64,000 bases of DNA from Flavobacteriales bacterium (GCA_020437755.1 JAGQVX010000001.1:12009-76008), one strand, 5' to 3'. Shown: positions 47,331-56,946, counted from the stretch's first letter. The notes: generated by a model from the letters alone, not told the origin. Made by a program: numbers and translations.

Positions 47331-47943
47331 GGCCTATGGTGGTCTTTTTGTAGGTGTAACCATGCTTTTCTCTTGTGGCGGACCACAGGAGGGGGCACAT
47401 CATACCGTCGATGACAAGATTCGCGAAATGATCGATTCAAATGCCCAGGCGATTTCCGACTCGGTGTATTATTTAGATAACCTCTCGGAACTCGTCAAAG
47501 TTATTTACGACGACGTCCAATTTCATGTTCCTGAGCGTAAAGGCCAGATTCAAGCTTTTGCTTGTTCGGAATGCCATATTGGTGCGCTGGATAAAATGTC
47601 TTCAATGGATGAAGATAAACAAGCTCACTGGAATGTATCCATCGTTCATGCTGATGCGTCAATTATGAATTGTTTGACCTGCCACAGTGAAAACAATATG
47701 GATGTCTTGCATTCCCTCACGGGAAATACCATCGACTTCAATGAAAGCTTCAAACTATGCGGACAATGCCATAACAAACAATTTGACGATTGGAAGGGAG
47801 GCGCGCACGGAAAACAGCTTGGTGGCTGGTCCAATCCACGTGTTTCAATGACATGTGTGAACTGCCACAACCCACATGCACCTGCCTTTGAATCAAGGTG
47901 GCCTGCTCGATATAACACACAAAAGGTAATTGAACGACAATAA
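47308..47943 (+). CDS. Tetrahaem c-type cytochrome lipoprotein (c3/NrfB-like)
   Basis: ORF 47191..47943. The start at 47308 (MDIKLINKAYGGLFVGVTMLFSCGG, lipobox) is preferred. Four CXXCH motifs: CSECH, CLTCH, CGQCH, CVNCH. Confidence 0.8.
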   Translation: MDIKLINKAYGGLFVGVTMLFSCGGPQEGAHHTVDDKIREMIDSNAQAISDSVYYLDNLSELVKVIYDDVQFHVPERKGQIQAFACSECHIGALDKMSSMDEDKQAHWNVSIVHADASIMNCLTCHSENNMDVLHSLTGNTIDFNESFKLCGQCHNKQFDDWKGGAHGKQLGGWSNPRVSMTCVNCHNPHAPAFESRWPARYNTQKVIERQ

Positions 47944-48958
47944 GAGTCCTATGAATCTTGATAGCGCAAAATGGTTTTTCTCACGACTCAATGGTAAGAC
48001 GGACACTACCGAACCAGATGGATATGATCAAGTCTTGGCCAAGCAGCAAAGTCGGAGAACGGCAATAAAAAGCTTAATGGGGGGATTGGCCGTTGGAACG
48101 GCAGCCATGTCAAATAGTTGTGCTTTGACCACTACGGAGAAGAAAGGAGAACAGTCGCAAATAGATTGGGAAGAATACTTCAAAGGCAATTATAAGGTCA
48201 TGACCGAGGAAGAGAAATCGGCAACCGTCAATCGTCTGATTCGTTCATACGAAATGAATACAGGAAAGAGGATTTCCATGTCATCTTCCCCACCCAAAGA
48301 GAATGTATTGTTTGGTTATGCCTTCAATATCTCTAAATGTCGTGGATACATGGATTGTATAAATGCCTGTGTCGAAGAGAATAATCAGGATCGAACAAGC
48401 CAAATGCAATACATCCGAATACACGAGATGGAAGACGGAAAGGGTTTTAACTTCGGTGAGGCCGATGATAACTATTACCATGAGGTCCCCGCTCAAGGAC
48501 ACTTTTACATGGGAACACAGTGTTTCCATTGCGACAATCCCCCGTGCGTCGATGTGTGTCCTGTTCAAGCTACGTGGAAGGAAGATGATGGCATTGTTGT
48601 CATCGATTACGATTGGTGTGTGGGATGTCGATACTGTATGGCGGCTTGTCCGTATGATGGCCGACGATTCAATTGGAAATCACCGGAAATCCCTGAGCCG
48701 GAAGTGAATCTCAAGCAACACTACCTGGGAAATCGCCTTCGAAAGAAAGGTGTAATGGAGAAATGTACGTTTTGTATCCAACGATCACGTGAAGGAAAGA
48801 ACCCGGCATGTGTGGAAGCGTGTCCCACTGGTGCACGGACTTTTGGAAATTTGCTCGACCCCAATTCAGAGCTCCGATGGATACTGAATAACAAGAAGGT
48901 TTTCAGACTAAAAGAGGATTTGGGGACTGAACCAAAGTTCTGGTATTATATGGATTAA
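47930..48958 (+). CDS. Tat-exported 4Fe-4S ferredoxin subunit, NrfC/PsrB/DmsB type
   Basis: Twin-arginine motif QSRRTAIKSL. Four Cys clusters: CRGYMDCINAC, CFHCDNPPCVDVCP, CVGCRYCMAACP, CTFC...CVEACP. Confidence 0.85.
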   Translation: MNDNKSPMNLDSAKWFFSRLNGKTDTTEPDGYDQVLAKQQSRRTAIKSLMGGLAVGTAAMSNSCALTTTEKKGEQSQIDWEEYFKGNYKVMTEEEKSATVNRLIRSYEMNTGKRISMSSSPPKENVLFGYAFNISKCRGYMDCINACVEENNQDRTSQMQYIRIHEMEDGKGFNFGEADDNYYHEVPAQGHFYMGTQCFHCDNPPCVDVCPVQATWKEDDGIVVIDYDWCVGCRYCMAACPYDGRRFNWKSPEIPEPEVNLKQHYLGNRLRKKGVMEKCTFCIQRSREGKNPACVEACPTGARTFGNLLDPNSELRWILNNKKVFRLKEDLGTEPKFWYYMD

Positions 48959-48986
48959 TGATGAAACTGATTCAGTTAATAATAGC

Positions 48987-50234
48987 TTGCGTATGAGTGT
49001 GGTAAAAATAGCACGTCGTATGATCGTCGATGCGATTACCATTGTTATCAATGGTCGCGGTATTTATCACCTGTGGATGGCCGTTCTCACAGTGCTCATT
49101 CTTTTGGGCGTGTATTGTTATTCACAGCAGTTGGATCATGGTTTGCAAGTGTCAGGAATGACCGATCGTGTGAGCTGGGGGCTCTATATTTCCAATTTTA
49201 CATTCTTAGTAGGTGTGGCGGCAGCGGCTGTTATGTTGGTGTTGCCGACGTACGTGTTGAAGGATTTTGATTTTAAACACGCCGTGCTAATTGGCGAAGG
49301 ATTAGCAGTTGCCGCCCTACTTATGTGCCTTGCTTTTGTTGTTGCTGATATGGGTGGGCCGGCAAGGCTGTGGCATATGATACCGGGAATCGGCGTTTTT
49401 AATTTTCCAGCCTCAATGCTCACTTGGGATGTCATTGTCCTCAATGGCTATTTGGCTATTAATATTACAATACCGATGTACATCTTGTGGATGCGATATA
49501 TTGGCAAAAAACCTAATCCAAAGATTTATATCCCTGGCGTTATTATTTCCGTTTTCTGGGCTGTTTGTATTCACTTGGTGACTGCTTTTTTGTACGAAGG
49601 TTTGCAAGCGCGACCTTTCTGGAATAATGCCTTGCTCGGACCTCGATTTCTTGCGTCTGCTTTTGCTGCGGGGCCCGCACTGATCATTCTTGTGCTGGCC
49701 GTGATTTCAAAATTCACCAAATTCCACATCAAGAAAGAAACGATTCGCAAAATAGCATTGATCGTTACTATTGCTGCCCAGATTAACCTGATCATGTTGG
49801 TGTCCGAGCTGTTCAAAGAATTCTACGCACCAACTCACCACAGCGAAAGTGCCTTCTATTTATTCTTTGGTCTGCACGGAAAAGGCGCTCTCTTACCTTG
49901 GATTTGGACCTCGATAAGCATTAACGTAGTAGCCACCTTTATCCTTACTATTAGGCGTCTTAGAGAAAAGCTATCCATGCTCTATCTAGCCTGCGGATTG
50001 CTGTTTGTCGCTGTATGGATTGAAAAGGGATTTGGTCTTATTGTGCCAGGGTTCATACCTGGGCCTTGGGGAAAAATCGCCGAGTACACACCCACTTTGG
50101 TTGAGGTTGGAGTGACAATTGGAATTTGGTCAATGGGTGCTTTCATCTTCACGGTTCTAGCTCGAACGGGAATAGCAATTGAGCTGGGAGAAATGAAGTT
50201 CAAAAGAGATGGTGATCCTCAAAAAGGAAGTTAA
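48987..50234 (+). CDS. NrfD/PsrC-family integral membrane quinol-interacting subunit
   Basis: 415 aa with about 10 predicted TM helices. The N-terminal HLWMAVLTVLILLGVYCY...WGLYISNFTFLVGVAA is typical of the polysulfide-reductase NrfD family. Confidence 0.85.
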   Translation: MRMSVVKIARRMIVDAITIVINGRGIYHLWMAVLTVLILLGVYCYSQQLDHGLQVSGMTDRVSWGLYISNFTFLVGVAAAAVMLVLPTYVLKDFDFKHAVLIGEGLAVAALLMCLAFVVADMGGPARLWHMIPGIGVFNFPASMLTWDVIVLNGYLAINITIPMYILWMRYIGKKPNPKIYIPGVIISVFWAVCIHLVTAFLYEGLQARPFWNNALLGPRFLASAFAAGPALIILVLAVISKFTKFHIKKETIRKIALIVTIAAQINLIMLVSELFKEFYAPTHHSESAFYLFFGLHGKGALLPWIWTSISINVVATFILTIRRLREKLSMLYLACGLLFVAVWIEKGFGLIVPGFIPGPWGKIAEYTPTLVEVGVTIGIWSMGAFIFTVLARTGIAIELGEMKFKRDGDPQKGS

Positions 50235-50299
50235 GGCAGTATTTTCGAGATTACATCCTAAAGTTGGGGATTATCTAAATCACAATTCAATTCTGACGG

Positions 50300-51332
50300 G
50301 GATTTATTTTTTCTTTACGGATTAGCCCGCTACTTCCCGACCACGTAAATAGAATACGTAGTGAGGCGTGAATTTGGCTGAAAATTAATTACTCAGTCAT
50401 GAAAAATCAACTCACAATCACAGAATTTGTCAATCAATTTGGAACTCGGGAAGCGTGTCTTGAGCATTTGTGCTCATTAAAGTGGTCGGAGGGGTATACC
50501 TGTCGTAAATGTGGTCACGATCACTACGTGAAAGGAAGGACGTGGTACTACAGAAAGTGTCAGAAGTGCCATTACGATGAGTCTTGCACGTCCAACACAT
50601 TGTTCCACAAGATCAAGTTCCCTTTGGAGAAAGCCTTTCTTATGCTGCATCTGATATCTACTCATAAAAAGGGCATCTCAACATGCGAACTTGCCAGGCA
50701 GTTTGGAGTCAAGCAGACAACCGCGTGGTTCTTTAAGCGAAAGGTTCAGGAGGCGATGACCAGGACTGGTAGCCACTTGCTAGGCGGCTTGGTTGAAGTT
50801 GACGAAACCCTTGTTGGAGGTAAGGAAGAAGGAAAACCTGGCCGTAGCTTAGGAAAGAAGCAAATTGTTCAAGTTGCCGTTGAAACCTATACCGATAAGA
50901 AAGGGAAAGCCAGATGCAAGAGAGCATATGGGCAAGTCGTTGACCGGCATGATGCTGAGGCTCTACGAGCTGGCCTGATGAGCATGGCCGCTATGGGAGC
51001 TAGAATATGTACGGATCAATGGTCTGCGTATGAAAAGGCGACCAAGGGCTATCTTCATGTTGCCAAACCTTCAAACGCCGGGGCGAACTTCCAATTGCTA
51101 CACTGGCATATTTTTAACCTCAAGAACTGGCTTAGAGGAACCCATGGACATATTGACTCCAAACATGCTCAGAAATACATCGACGAGTTTCATTTTAGAT
51201 TCAATCGTAGAAACAGTCATGGTAATTCCGTTTTTATAACCATAAAGCGCATGGTGGAGGGGTCTTGGCTACCTTATAGAGAAGCTATTGGGAAGTAACG
51301 GGCTAATCCGTTTACTCAAATAGCGTAAATCC
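50300..51332 (+). mobile_element. IS1595-family insertion sequence (~1.03 kb)
   Basis: Terminal inverted repeats: left ggattta...acggattagcccgctacttccc (50300-50338), right gggaagtaacgggctaatccgt...taaatcc (51290-51332). A 20-bp core has one mismatch. There is a single transposase ORF, and I could find no flanking direct repeat. Confidence 0.8.
50399..51298 (+). CDS. IS1595-family (ISXO2-like) transposase
   Basis: N-terminal zinc ribbon (CRKCGHDHY...CQKCHYDES), an HTH (ISTCELARQFGVKQTTAW), and a DDE-type core (VEVDETLVGG ... ICTDQWSAYEK ... YIDEFHFRFNRR). Confidence 0.9.
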   Translation: MKNQLTITEFVNQFGTREACLEHLCSLKWSEGYTCRKCGHDHYVKGRTWYYRKCQKCHYDESCTSNTLFHKIKFPLEKAFLMLHLISTHKKGISTCELARQFGVKQTTAWFFKRKVQEAMTRTGSHLLGGLVEVDETLVGGKEEGKPGRSLGKKQIVQVAVETYTDKKGKARCKRAYGQVVDRHDAEALRAGLMSMAAMGARICTDQWSAYEKATKGYLHVAKPSNAGANFQLLHWHIFNLKNWLRGTHGHIDSKHAQKYIDEFHFRFNRRNSHGNSVFITIKRMVEGSWLPYREAIGK

Positions 51333-51418
51333 TAACCATTCTTCACCCAAATGATGTGGTCGAGAAGAAACAACACATTCGTGTCTAATACCGCGGTGAA
51401 TCGAACACTATGAATCAT
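51332..51418 (-). pseudogene. PIN-domain toxin remnant (first 28 codons only), truncated at the IS end
   Basis: My translation: the ATG overlaps the antitoxin stop (ATGA-type coupling), then MIHSVRFTAVLDTNVLFLLDHIIWVKNG*. VLDTNVL is the hallmark first acidic motif of PIN domains. The stop codon is completed by the first base of the IS right end. Confidence 0.65.
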
Positions 51419-51863
51419 AAAGCCCGTAATCTTCGTCTGTTCTCATCATTTCGATTAGCGCTTGGCGTTGCTTCTCTTTCATTTGCTTCTTGTAAGCAAC
51501 AACATCCTCTATTCGTACCCTTCGGTGCCTTCCAACCTTAGAGAATGGAATGACACCTTCTTCAAGTAGTTTCACCAAGTGAGGTCGAGAACAACCAATT
51601 ATATCGGCAGCAGCTTGAGTTGTCATCTCTGCGGCGACCGGGACAATAGAAATCGGATTTCCTTTGCTCATCGCTTTGAGCACTTGTGCAAGTAGCTTCA
51701 ATGCATTCAAAGGAACTTTGATGAGTTCTTTGGTCTCCTCAATTTCAATCTCAGGGTTTTCATCCTTGAGTTGTTTTAATGTTGCTGCAAGAGCATCATA
51801 GGAAGCCATAGCCAACTCTTGTTCCTCTTTTGTGGGTCTCTTAATGTCTTCTAGTTTGTTCAT
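51408..51863 (-). CDS. Excisionase/MerR-like HTH antitoxin-type protein
   Basis: 151 aa. The C-terminal HTH is MTTQAAADIIGCSRPHLVKLLEEGVIPFSKVGRHRRVRIEDVVAY (excisionase-family helix-turn-helix). It is translationally coupled to the PIN remnant. Confidence 0.75.
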   Translation of the reverse strand: MNKLEDIKRPTKEEQELAMASYDALAATLKQLKDENPEIEIEETKELIKVPLNALKLLAQVLKAMSKGNPISIVPVAAEMTTQAAADIIGCSRPHLVKLLEEGVIPFSKVGRHRRVRIEDVVAYKKQMKEKQRQALIEMMRTDEDYGLYDS

Positions 51864-51991
51864 CTCATGATCTGTTGTTGTGTAAATATACGAAATAAAC
51901 GAAAGTTAGATTCGAGTATTTTGTATATTATTTGGTTTGCGCTGATGTCTGATAGATTGCTCTTTTTATTTTCAACTACTTTTGCCGCCAC

Positions 51992-53185
51992 ATGAAGGAG
52001 CAGGTACAGCAGATATCCATTGACCAGTTCGATTTTGAATTGCCGGAGCACCAAATCGCCTTTAAACCGACTGAGGAGAGAAGTCAGTCGCGTTTGTTGG
52101 TGTACAACCAGGGTGATATCAGCCACGGCTCTTTTCCCGATATCGTTTCATGGATCAATCAAGATGATTTGGTTGTCTTTAATAATACACGGGTGATTCA
52201 TGCACGCATGGTTTTTAAAAAACCTACGGGGGCCCAAATCGAAATATTTTGCCTCGAACCTGTGTCTCCCGGTAACCATGAGGAGGCTCTGGCTAGCATT
52301 GCAACGTGTGAATGGACTTGCTACGTCGGAAATGCTAAAAAGTGGAAGGAGGGATGGGTGCATGCGAAGCATTTGGGCTCAGACCTCAAAGCTGAAATGT
52401 TAGGTCGCATGGGCGACGCCTTTCGGGTTCGATTCAGTTGGGGATCGGGAATGCCATTTGCAGAATTGCTCAATGAAGCCGGTAAGCTGCCACTCCCGCC
52501 CTATATAAAGCGTGAAGCAACCGATGAGGATGAACTGCGCTATCAAACTGTTTATGCCGAGTACAGGGGTTCCGTAGCAGCTCCAACCGCCGGATTACAC
52601 TTCACACGTGAGATCATGGCAGAACTTGCTGCAAAGGGGGTGCAACAGGAATTTGTAACCCTGCATGTAGGGGCGGGTACCTTTAAGCCGGTGGGTTCCG
52701 AAACTATAGGAGGACATGAAATGCACCGTGAAGTATTTCACGTTTCTCAGGAATTGATTGATCGGCTAATCAATTCAAAAGGAAAGGTTGTTGCCGTGGG
52801 CACAACTTCCTTACGAGCACTGGAAAGTGTGTATTGGGTTGGCGTCAAATTGGTATTGGGGCTTAACCAACCTTTTGATATTGACCAATGGACTCCGTAT
52901 GAGGGACTTCCTAAGATTGACAGGGTGGAAGCTCTACTGGCACTGAAGAACGAAGTAGCGCTACATGGTTCGTTGCAGTGCAGTACCGCCATAGTTGTGC
53001 TTCCGGGCTATACATTCCACATCATCAGTGCGCTGATTACCAATTTTCACTTACCCAAATCCACTTTGCTTCTCCTTGTTGCGGCGCTTATTGGCGAAGA
53101 TTGGAAAAAGGTCTACCAAGCCGCCCTGAACTCCGGATACCGATTCCTCAGCTATGGAGATAGCTCCATCCTTATTCCTCGATAA
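51992..53185 (+). CDS. queA: S-adenosylmethionine:tRNA ribosyltransferase-isomerase
   Basis: FDFELPEHQIAFKPTEERSQSRLLV, LPLPPYIKR, APTAGLHFT, VGAGTFKPV, AVGTTSLRALES, NFHLPKSTLLLLVAA. Confidence 0.9.
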   Translation: MKEQVQQISIDQFDFELPEHQIAFKPTEERSQSRLLVYNQGDISHGSFPDIVSWINQDDLVVFNNTRVIHARMVFKKPTGAQIEIFCLEPVSPGNHEEALASIATCEWTCYVGNAKKWKEGWVHAKHLGSDLKAEMLGRMGDAFRVRFSWGSGMPFAELLNEAGKLPLPPYIKREATDEDELRYQTVYAEYRGSVAAPTAGLHFTREIMAELAAKGVQQEFVTLHVGAGTFKPVGSETIGGHEMHREVFHVSQELIDRLINSKGKVVAVGTTSLRALESVYWVGVKLVLGLNQPFDIDQWTPYEGLPKIDRVEALLALKNEVALHGSLQCSTAIVVLPGYTFHIISALITNFHLPKSTLLLLVAALIGEDWKKVYQAALNSGYRFLSYGDSSILIPR

Positions 53186-53194
53186 AAAGATTTA

Positions 53195-53255
53195 GACAAA
53201 AAAAGAGGCCATCCGTGAAGATGGCCTCGGGTAGAAAAACTACCGTAGTTTTTTG
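53195..53255. terminator. Bidirectional terminator region between convergent queA and the ppiD-like gene
   Basis: A 9-bp stem gaggccatc/gatggcctc is preceded by A7 on the plus strand, giving T7 for the minus-strand gene. A second hairpin ggtag-aaaaa-ctacc plus T6 serves the plus strand. Confidence 0.7.
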
Positions 53256-55334
53256 TTAGTTGCCGTAGCGATTATCCTCTACTTTGGCAGTGCGCTTGAT
53301 GGCGCCATAGAATCCTTGTGAAAGCGCTGCAGCTTTGTTCTGAACCGTTTTGATCAAAGCGTCTTGCTCCTCAATATAGTTGCTTTTCGCGTCAGCAAAT
53401 TCTGCTTCTTCAGTTCCGCTGATCACATATACGCCGGCATTACCAATCAATGGACTCGTAATGTGACCTACTGGAACACCCCACGCAAAGCCAACTACTT
53501 CAGTTTCTTTTTCTGACTTACCTGATCCCGGTAAATTAGTTCGAACCATTGGCACTTTGCTTGCTTTCGATACTTTTGAACCAACCGCGTCAGCAATCTG
53601 CTGAAGATCGTCGATGTTCTCCATCTTCGCAATGAGGTACTCAGCTTTCTTCTGCTTAATTACTTCGATTTCGATTTGATCCTTGATGTCTTCGAATCGT
53701 GGAACGCCAGCCTTACGTGCAGCCACCAACGCAGCTACAACGTATTTGTCACCCAATTGAATAGGGGTAGAAATTTCACCTACTTCAGCCGAATATGCCC
53801 AACGAGCAACTTCAGCGGCGTTCGACAAGCCTCCAACTCGAGCAGCGTTTGGTGTTAATCCATTTGCTGGAGTGAGGCTATATCCCATAGTGTCAACCGC
53901 GTTTTCGAATGACTCAAGATCGTTGAACATGATCGCAAGCTCGTTTGCGCTGTTGTAGCCGTCCTTTATGGTCTGTGGAGATGGCTTCAATGGTCGATCG
54001 ATAGAGGCCATGTTCATTACAGTACCAAAGTCTTTCTGACCAAGGATCTCAATAATGTGAATACCGTACTGTGTTTGAGCAGTAGTTATATCTCCAACCT
54101 TTCCCTTGAAACACGCATCTTCAAACGGCTTCACCATTCGGCCACGTGCGAACCACTCGTAAACTCCGCCTTTGTCTACAGAACCTACGTCATCGGAGAA
54201 CTTAGAGACCATAGCCTCAAAAGACTCCTTGCCCGATGTGATCAATCCCATGATAGAGTCAGCCTCCGATTGCAATGAAGCCAAATTGTCTCCCGGATTG
54301 CTCTTCAGAAGGATGTGGCGACATTCTACTGAATCTGGCAACTGGCTACGGTCCAGAATCTTTACAACACGCATGAAAGTATTCCACTTGTAAGGCCCGA
54401 TGATAGAACCAATGGAATCGTTCACCATATTGTCGTTCTCAACTCCCTGGAAGTCGCCGTCCTTGTAATCAAATCGGAAGTATTGTCCGGTGTTGCTGTT
54501 CAATACGCAGAATGCGCTGTCATCAGAAGCGGTCATCCACTTACCCTTGATATCCTCCAACTCTTTGGTGATGTTGGCAATATCTTCCTCGGTAGGTTCA
54601 ATCTTGAACTCCACATATTCGATGTCGCGTTCCGTCTTTTGTTCGTACTTCACGTCATCCTTGTGTGCACGGTAGTATGCGCGCAAATCACCTTCGTCAT
54701 AAGAGATCAATGAATCACCTACTGCATCGTAAGGAGCAAGTACATAGTTGAATGAACGATTGTCATTCTTGTACTTGTAGTCGTACTTACCATCAACGGC
54801 GTTTGCGTAAATACCCCGCTTGATCAGGTTATCCCACTTTTCCATTTTACGCTTCTCGATAACGGCATCTTTGTAACCGTTGTATCGGGCTTGATCGCTT
54901 CCTTGCCATACGTCAAACTGGGTCTTCCAGTTTTCACGTTGTGCAGCGTCAGTGCCACCTCCGTAGAACGTGGTTTTGGCGAATGCCGAAAGGTTTTCAC
55001 CAAACATGATTTCTTCAAACTCTTCATCAGAAACTCCGATACCGTCGTGCTGGAAGCGTGGCTCCAACAAGTTCTTTTGAAGCAATTCACTCCAAACCTC
55101 GTTCTCCAGGCTCTCTCGTGACTGATAATCCAACAAGTCATCTCGCTTTCGGACCGCTTCGCTGAATTCCTGTCCGGTGATGTTCACACCGCCTATTTCT
55201 CCTACTGGCTTGTTAGCTCCAACGCCAACAAGTGCCATTACCGCGTCGTATGGAATGAGGAAACCCAACATACCAATACCGATCAATATGATCAGGAGTG
55301 TTCGTTGCTTCCTGATTTTATCAATGGTGGCCAT
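53256..55334 (-). CDS. PpiD/SurA-like periplasmic chaperone with parvulin PPIase domain
   Basis: N-terminal membrane anchor (QRTLLIILIGIGMLGFLI), a long chaperone region and a parvulin segment (CRHILLKS...DKGGVYEWFARGRMVKPFEDA). Confidence 0.85.
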   Translation of the reverse strand: MATIDKIRKQRTLLIILIGIGMLGFLIPYDAVMALVGVGANKPVGEIGGVNITGQEFSEAVRKRDDLLDYQSRESLENEVWSELLQKNLLEPRFQHDGIGVSDEEFEEIMFGENLSAFAKTTFYGGGTDAAQRENWKTQFDVWQGSDQARYNGYKDAVIEKRKMEKWDNLIKRGIYANAVDGKYDYKYKNDNRSFNYVLAPYDAVGDSLISYDEGDLRAYYRAHKDDVKYEQKTERDIEYVEFKIEPTEEDIANITKELEDIKGKWMTASDDSAFCVLNSNTGQYFRFDYKDGDFQGVENDNMVNDSIGSIIGPYKWNTFMRVVKILDRSQLPDSVECRHILLKSNPGDNLASLQSEADSIMGLITSGKESFEAMVSKFSDDVGSVDKGGVYEWFARGRMVKPFEDACFKGKVGDITTAQTQYGIHIIEILGQKDFGTVMNMASIDRPLKPSPQTIKDGYNSANELAIMFNDLESFENAVDTMGYSLTPANGLTPNAARVGGLSNAAEVARWAYSAEVGEISTPIQLGDKYVVAALVAARKAGVPRFEDIKDQIEIEVIKQKKAEYLIAKMENIDDLQQIADAVGSKVSKASKVPMVRTNLPGSGKSEKETEVVGFAWGVPVGHITSPLIGNAGVYVISGTEEAEFADAKSNYIEEQDALIKTVQNKAAALSQGFYGAIKRTAKVEDNRYGN

Positions 55335-55396
55335 AAACTTTACCTTTAAATTTTAAGGGTGCGAATATACGATTTGCTAACGAGTTATGAAACACT

Positions 55397-56692
55397 TCAC
55401 GCTGTTGGAAATATCATAACTTCTTCTATGCGCGTTTCGCTCACCGAAATTGTGCGGATTGTGTAGGGTCCTACTTCGATCTCAGTGCCTTCATCCGGAA
55501 TCTCCTCACAATAGTGAATGACCAGCCCTCCAAGGGTATCGTACTCATCATGTTCCGGGAGATCCAACTTGTATTTGTCGATCAAATAGTCCACTTCAAG
55601 GCGTGCAGACAATACATACGTATCTTCAGATATTTCCTTTTCGGTGAGGTCTTCAACGTCATGCTCATCTTCAATCTCCCCGAAAATTTCCTCGACAATG
55701 TCTTCCATTGTTATAATTCCTGAAGTGCCTCCAAACTCATCAACCACGACGGCCATGTTTTTCTTGCTCTGACTCAGGATTTCCAGGACTTCATTGGCCG
55801 GCATCGGCTCAGGAACAATCGCTACAGGAAGCAAAACATTTTTGATGCCTTCAGGTTTTTTGAAAAGCTCGTACGAGTGGACGTAGCCTATAATGTTGTC
55901 GATATTGTCGCGGTAAATAATAATCTTCGACAGACCGGTTTCCACAAACAAAGCTTTCAACTCCTGGATGGTGTCGTTAATTTCTAGTGCTACAATCTCA
56001 TTTCGTGGGATCATACATTCGCGGGCTTTTACACTCGCAAAATCGAGGGCGTTTTGGAAAATTTGAATTTCATGGTCTAGATCTTCTTCAGATTCTGCGT
56101 TTTCGGTAACGTGACGTAAAAAATGATCGAGATCCACTTTTCCAAATTCAACTTGCGTTTCCTGATGTTCTGATTTCCTGAAAAACATCAACAATCCCAT
56201 AGAGATAAGGGTCACAATGATGGAAGGTACAAACAGGACTAAGAGAATGGGAATCAAAGGTATTGCTAGCAAGTACAACCATCGATTGGGCTTGGAACGA
56301 AAGAGGGCTTTGGGGATGAATTCAGCCACGAATAGGACAACCAAAGTGGTGATTATGGTTTGTACCAGCAGTGTGATGACCGGAATTGCCGTTTCATTAA
56401 TGTCGTGTGTGCCCCATATGCCGGCGAGTAACACATCTCCGGCGAAATAAGAATATATCACCAAAGCCATGTTATTGCCAATCAACATAGATGCAATAAA
56501 GAACTTCGGATAGCGATAAAAGAACGATAGTATTCCGGCACCCCAAATTCCTTTCTTCTTGTCCAGCTCGGTCATCAAGCGGTTGGATGAGACGAATGCG
56601 ATCTCAATCCCGGAAAAAAGACCGGAAAAGATCAACGAGACCAAAATTATGGTGGATGCTATCAGGAAATACGTCCCCGGCTCAGGGTCCAT
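55397..56692 (-). CDS. CNNM/DUF21-CBS-CorC_HlyC (hemolysin-family) membrane protein
   Basis: Four N-terminal TM helices, a CBS pair and a C-terminal CorC_HlyC domain (...GGLVIHYCEEIPDEGTEIEV...). It is a paralogue of gldE in this window. Confidence 0.85.
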   Translation of the reverse strand: MDPEPGTYFLIASTIILVSLIFSGLFSGIEIAFVSSNRLMTELDKKKGIWGAGILSFFYRYPKFFIASMLIGNNMALVIYSYFAGDVLLAGIWGTHDINETAIPVITLLVQTIITTLVVLFVAEFIPKALFRSKPNRWLYLLAIPLIPILLVLFVPSIIVTLISMGLLMFFRKSEHQETQVEFGKVDLDHFLRHVTENAESEEDLDHEIQIFQNALDFASVKARECMIPRNEIVALEINDTIQELKALFVETGLSKIIIYRDNIDNIIGYVHSYELFKKPEGIKNVLLPVAIVPEPMPANEVLEILSQSKKNMAVVVDEFGGTSGIITMEDIVEEIFGEIEDEHDVEDLTEKEISEDTYVLSARLEVDYLIDKYKLDLPEHDEYDTLGGLVIHYCEEIPDEGTEIEVGPYTIRTISVSETRIEEVMIFPTA

Positions 56693-56742
56693 GTAAGGGA
56701 GTCTATTGGTTTAAACAAAAATAACAGAAATCCGAATACTCT

Positions 56743-56946
56743 TCATTCCTCTTCTCTGGATTCCAGGCGTTTTCTCAATGCCCGACGGGTTCCGAACCAT
56801 ATAAATGCCAATCCGGCAATTCCAAACATCAAACCTGCCTGGCCTTCCCATTTGTTTTGAAAATACTCGTAAAAAGCTGTGCCCAACGCTACAAGTGCAA
56901 TAACAAGCCAAAATGGCTCCATCAGTCGATTAATCTTTTCCAACAT
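56743..56946 (-). CDS. Small two-TM membrane protein (67 aa)
   Basis: Two clear hydrophobic helices (PFWLVIALVALGTAFY, GLMFGIAGLAFIWFG) and a basic tail. It sits between lptC and the CNNM gene with an operon-type overlap. Confidence 0.5.
   Translation of the reverse strand: MLEKINRLMEPFWLVIALVALGTAFYEYFQNKWEGQAGLMFGIAGLAFIWFGTRRALRKRLESREEE

Noticed and set aside
50235-50299. Continuation of the interrupted PIN toxin gene on the left side of the IS.
   Set aside because: Only 65 bp are available. All three minus-strand frames hit stops within about 13 codons and show no PIN-like sequence. The rest of the gene is absent from this window.
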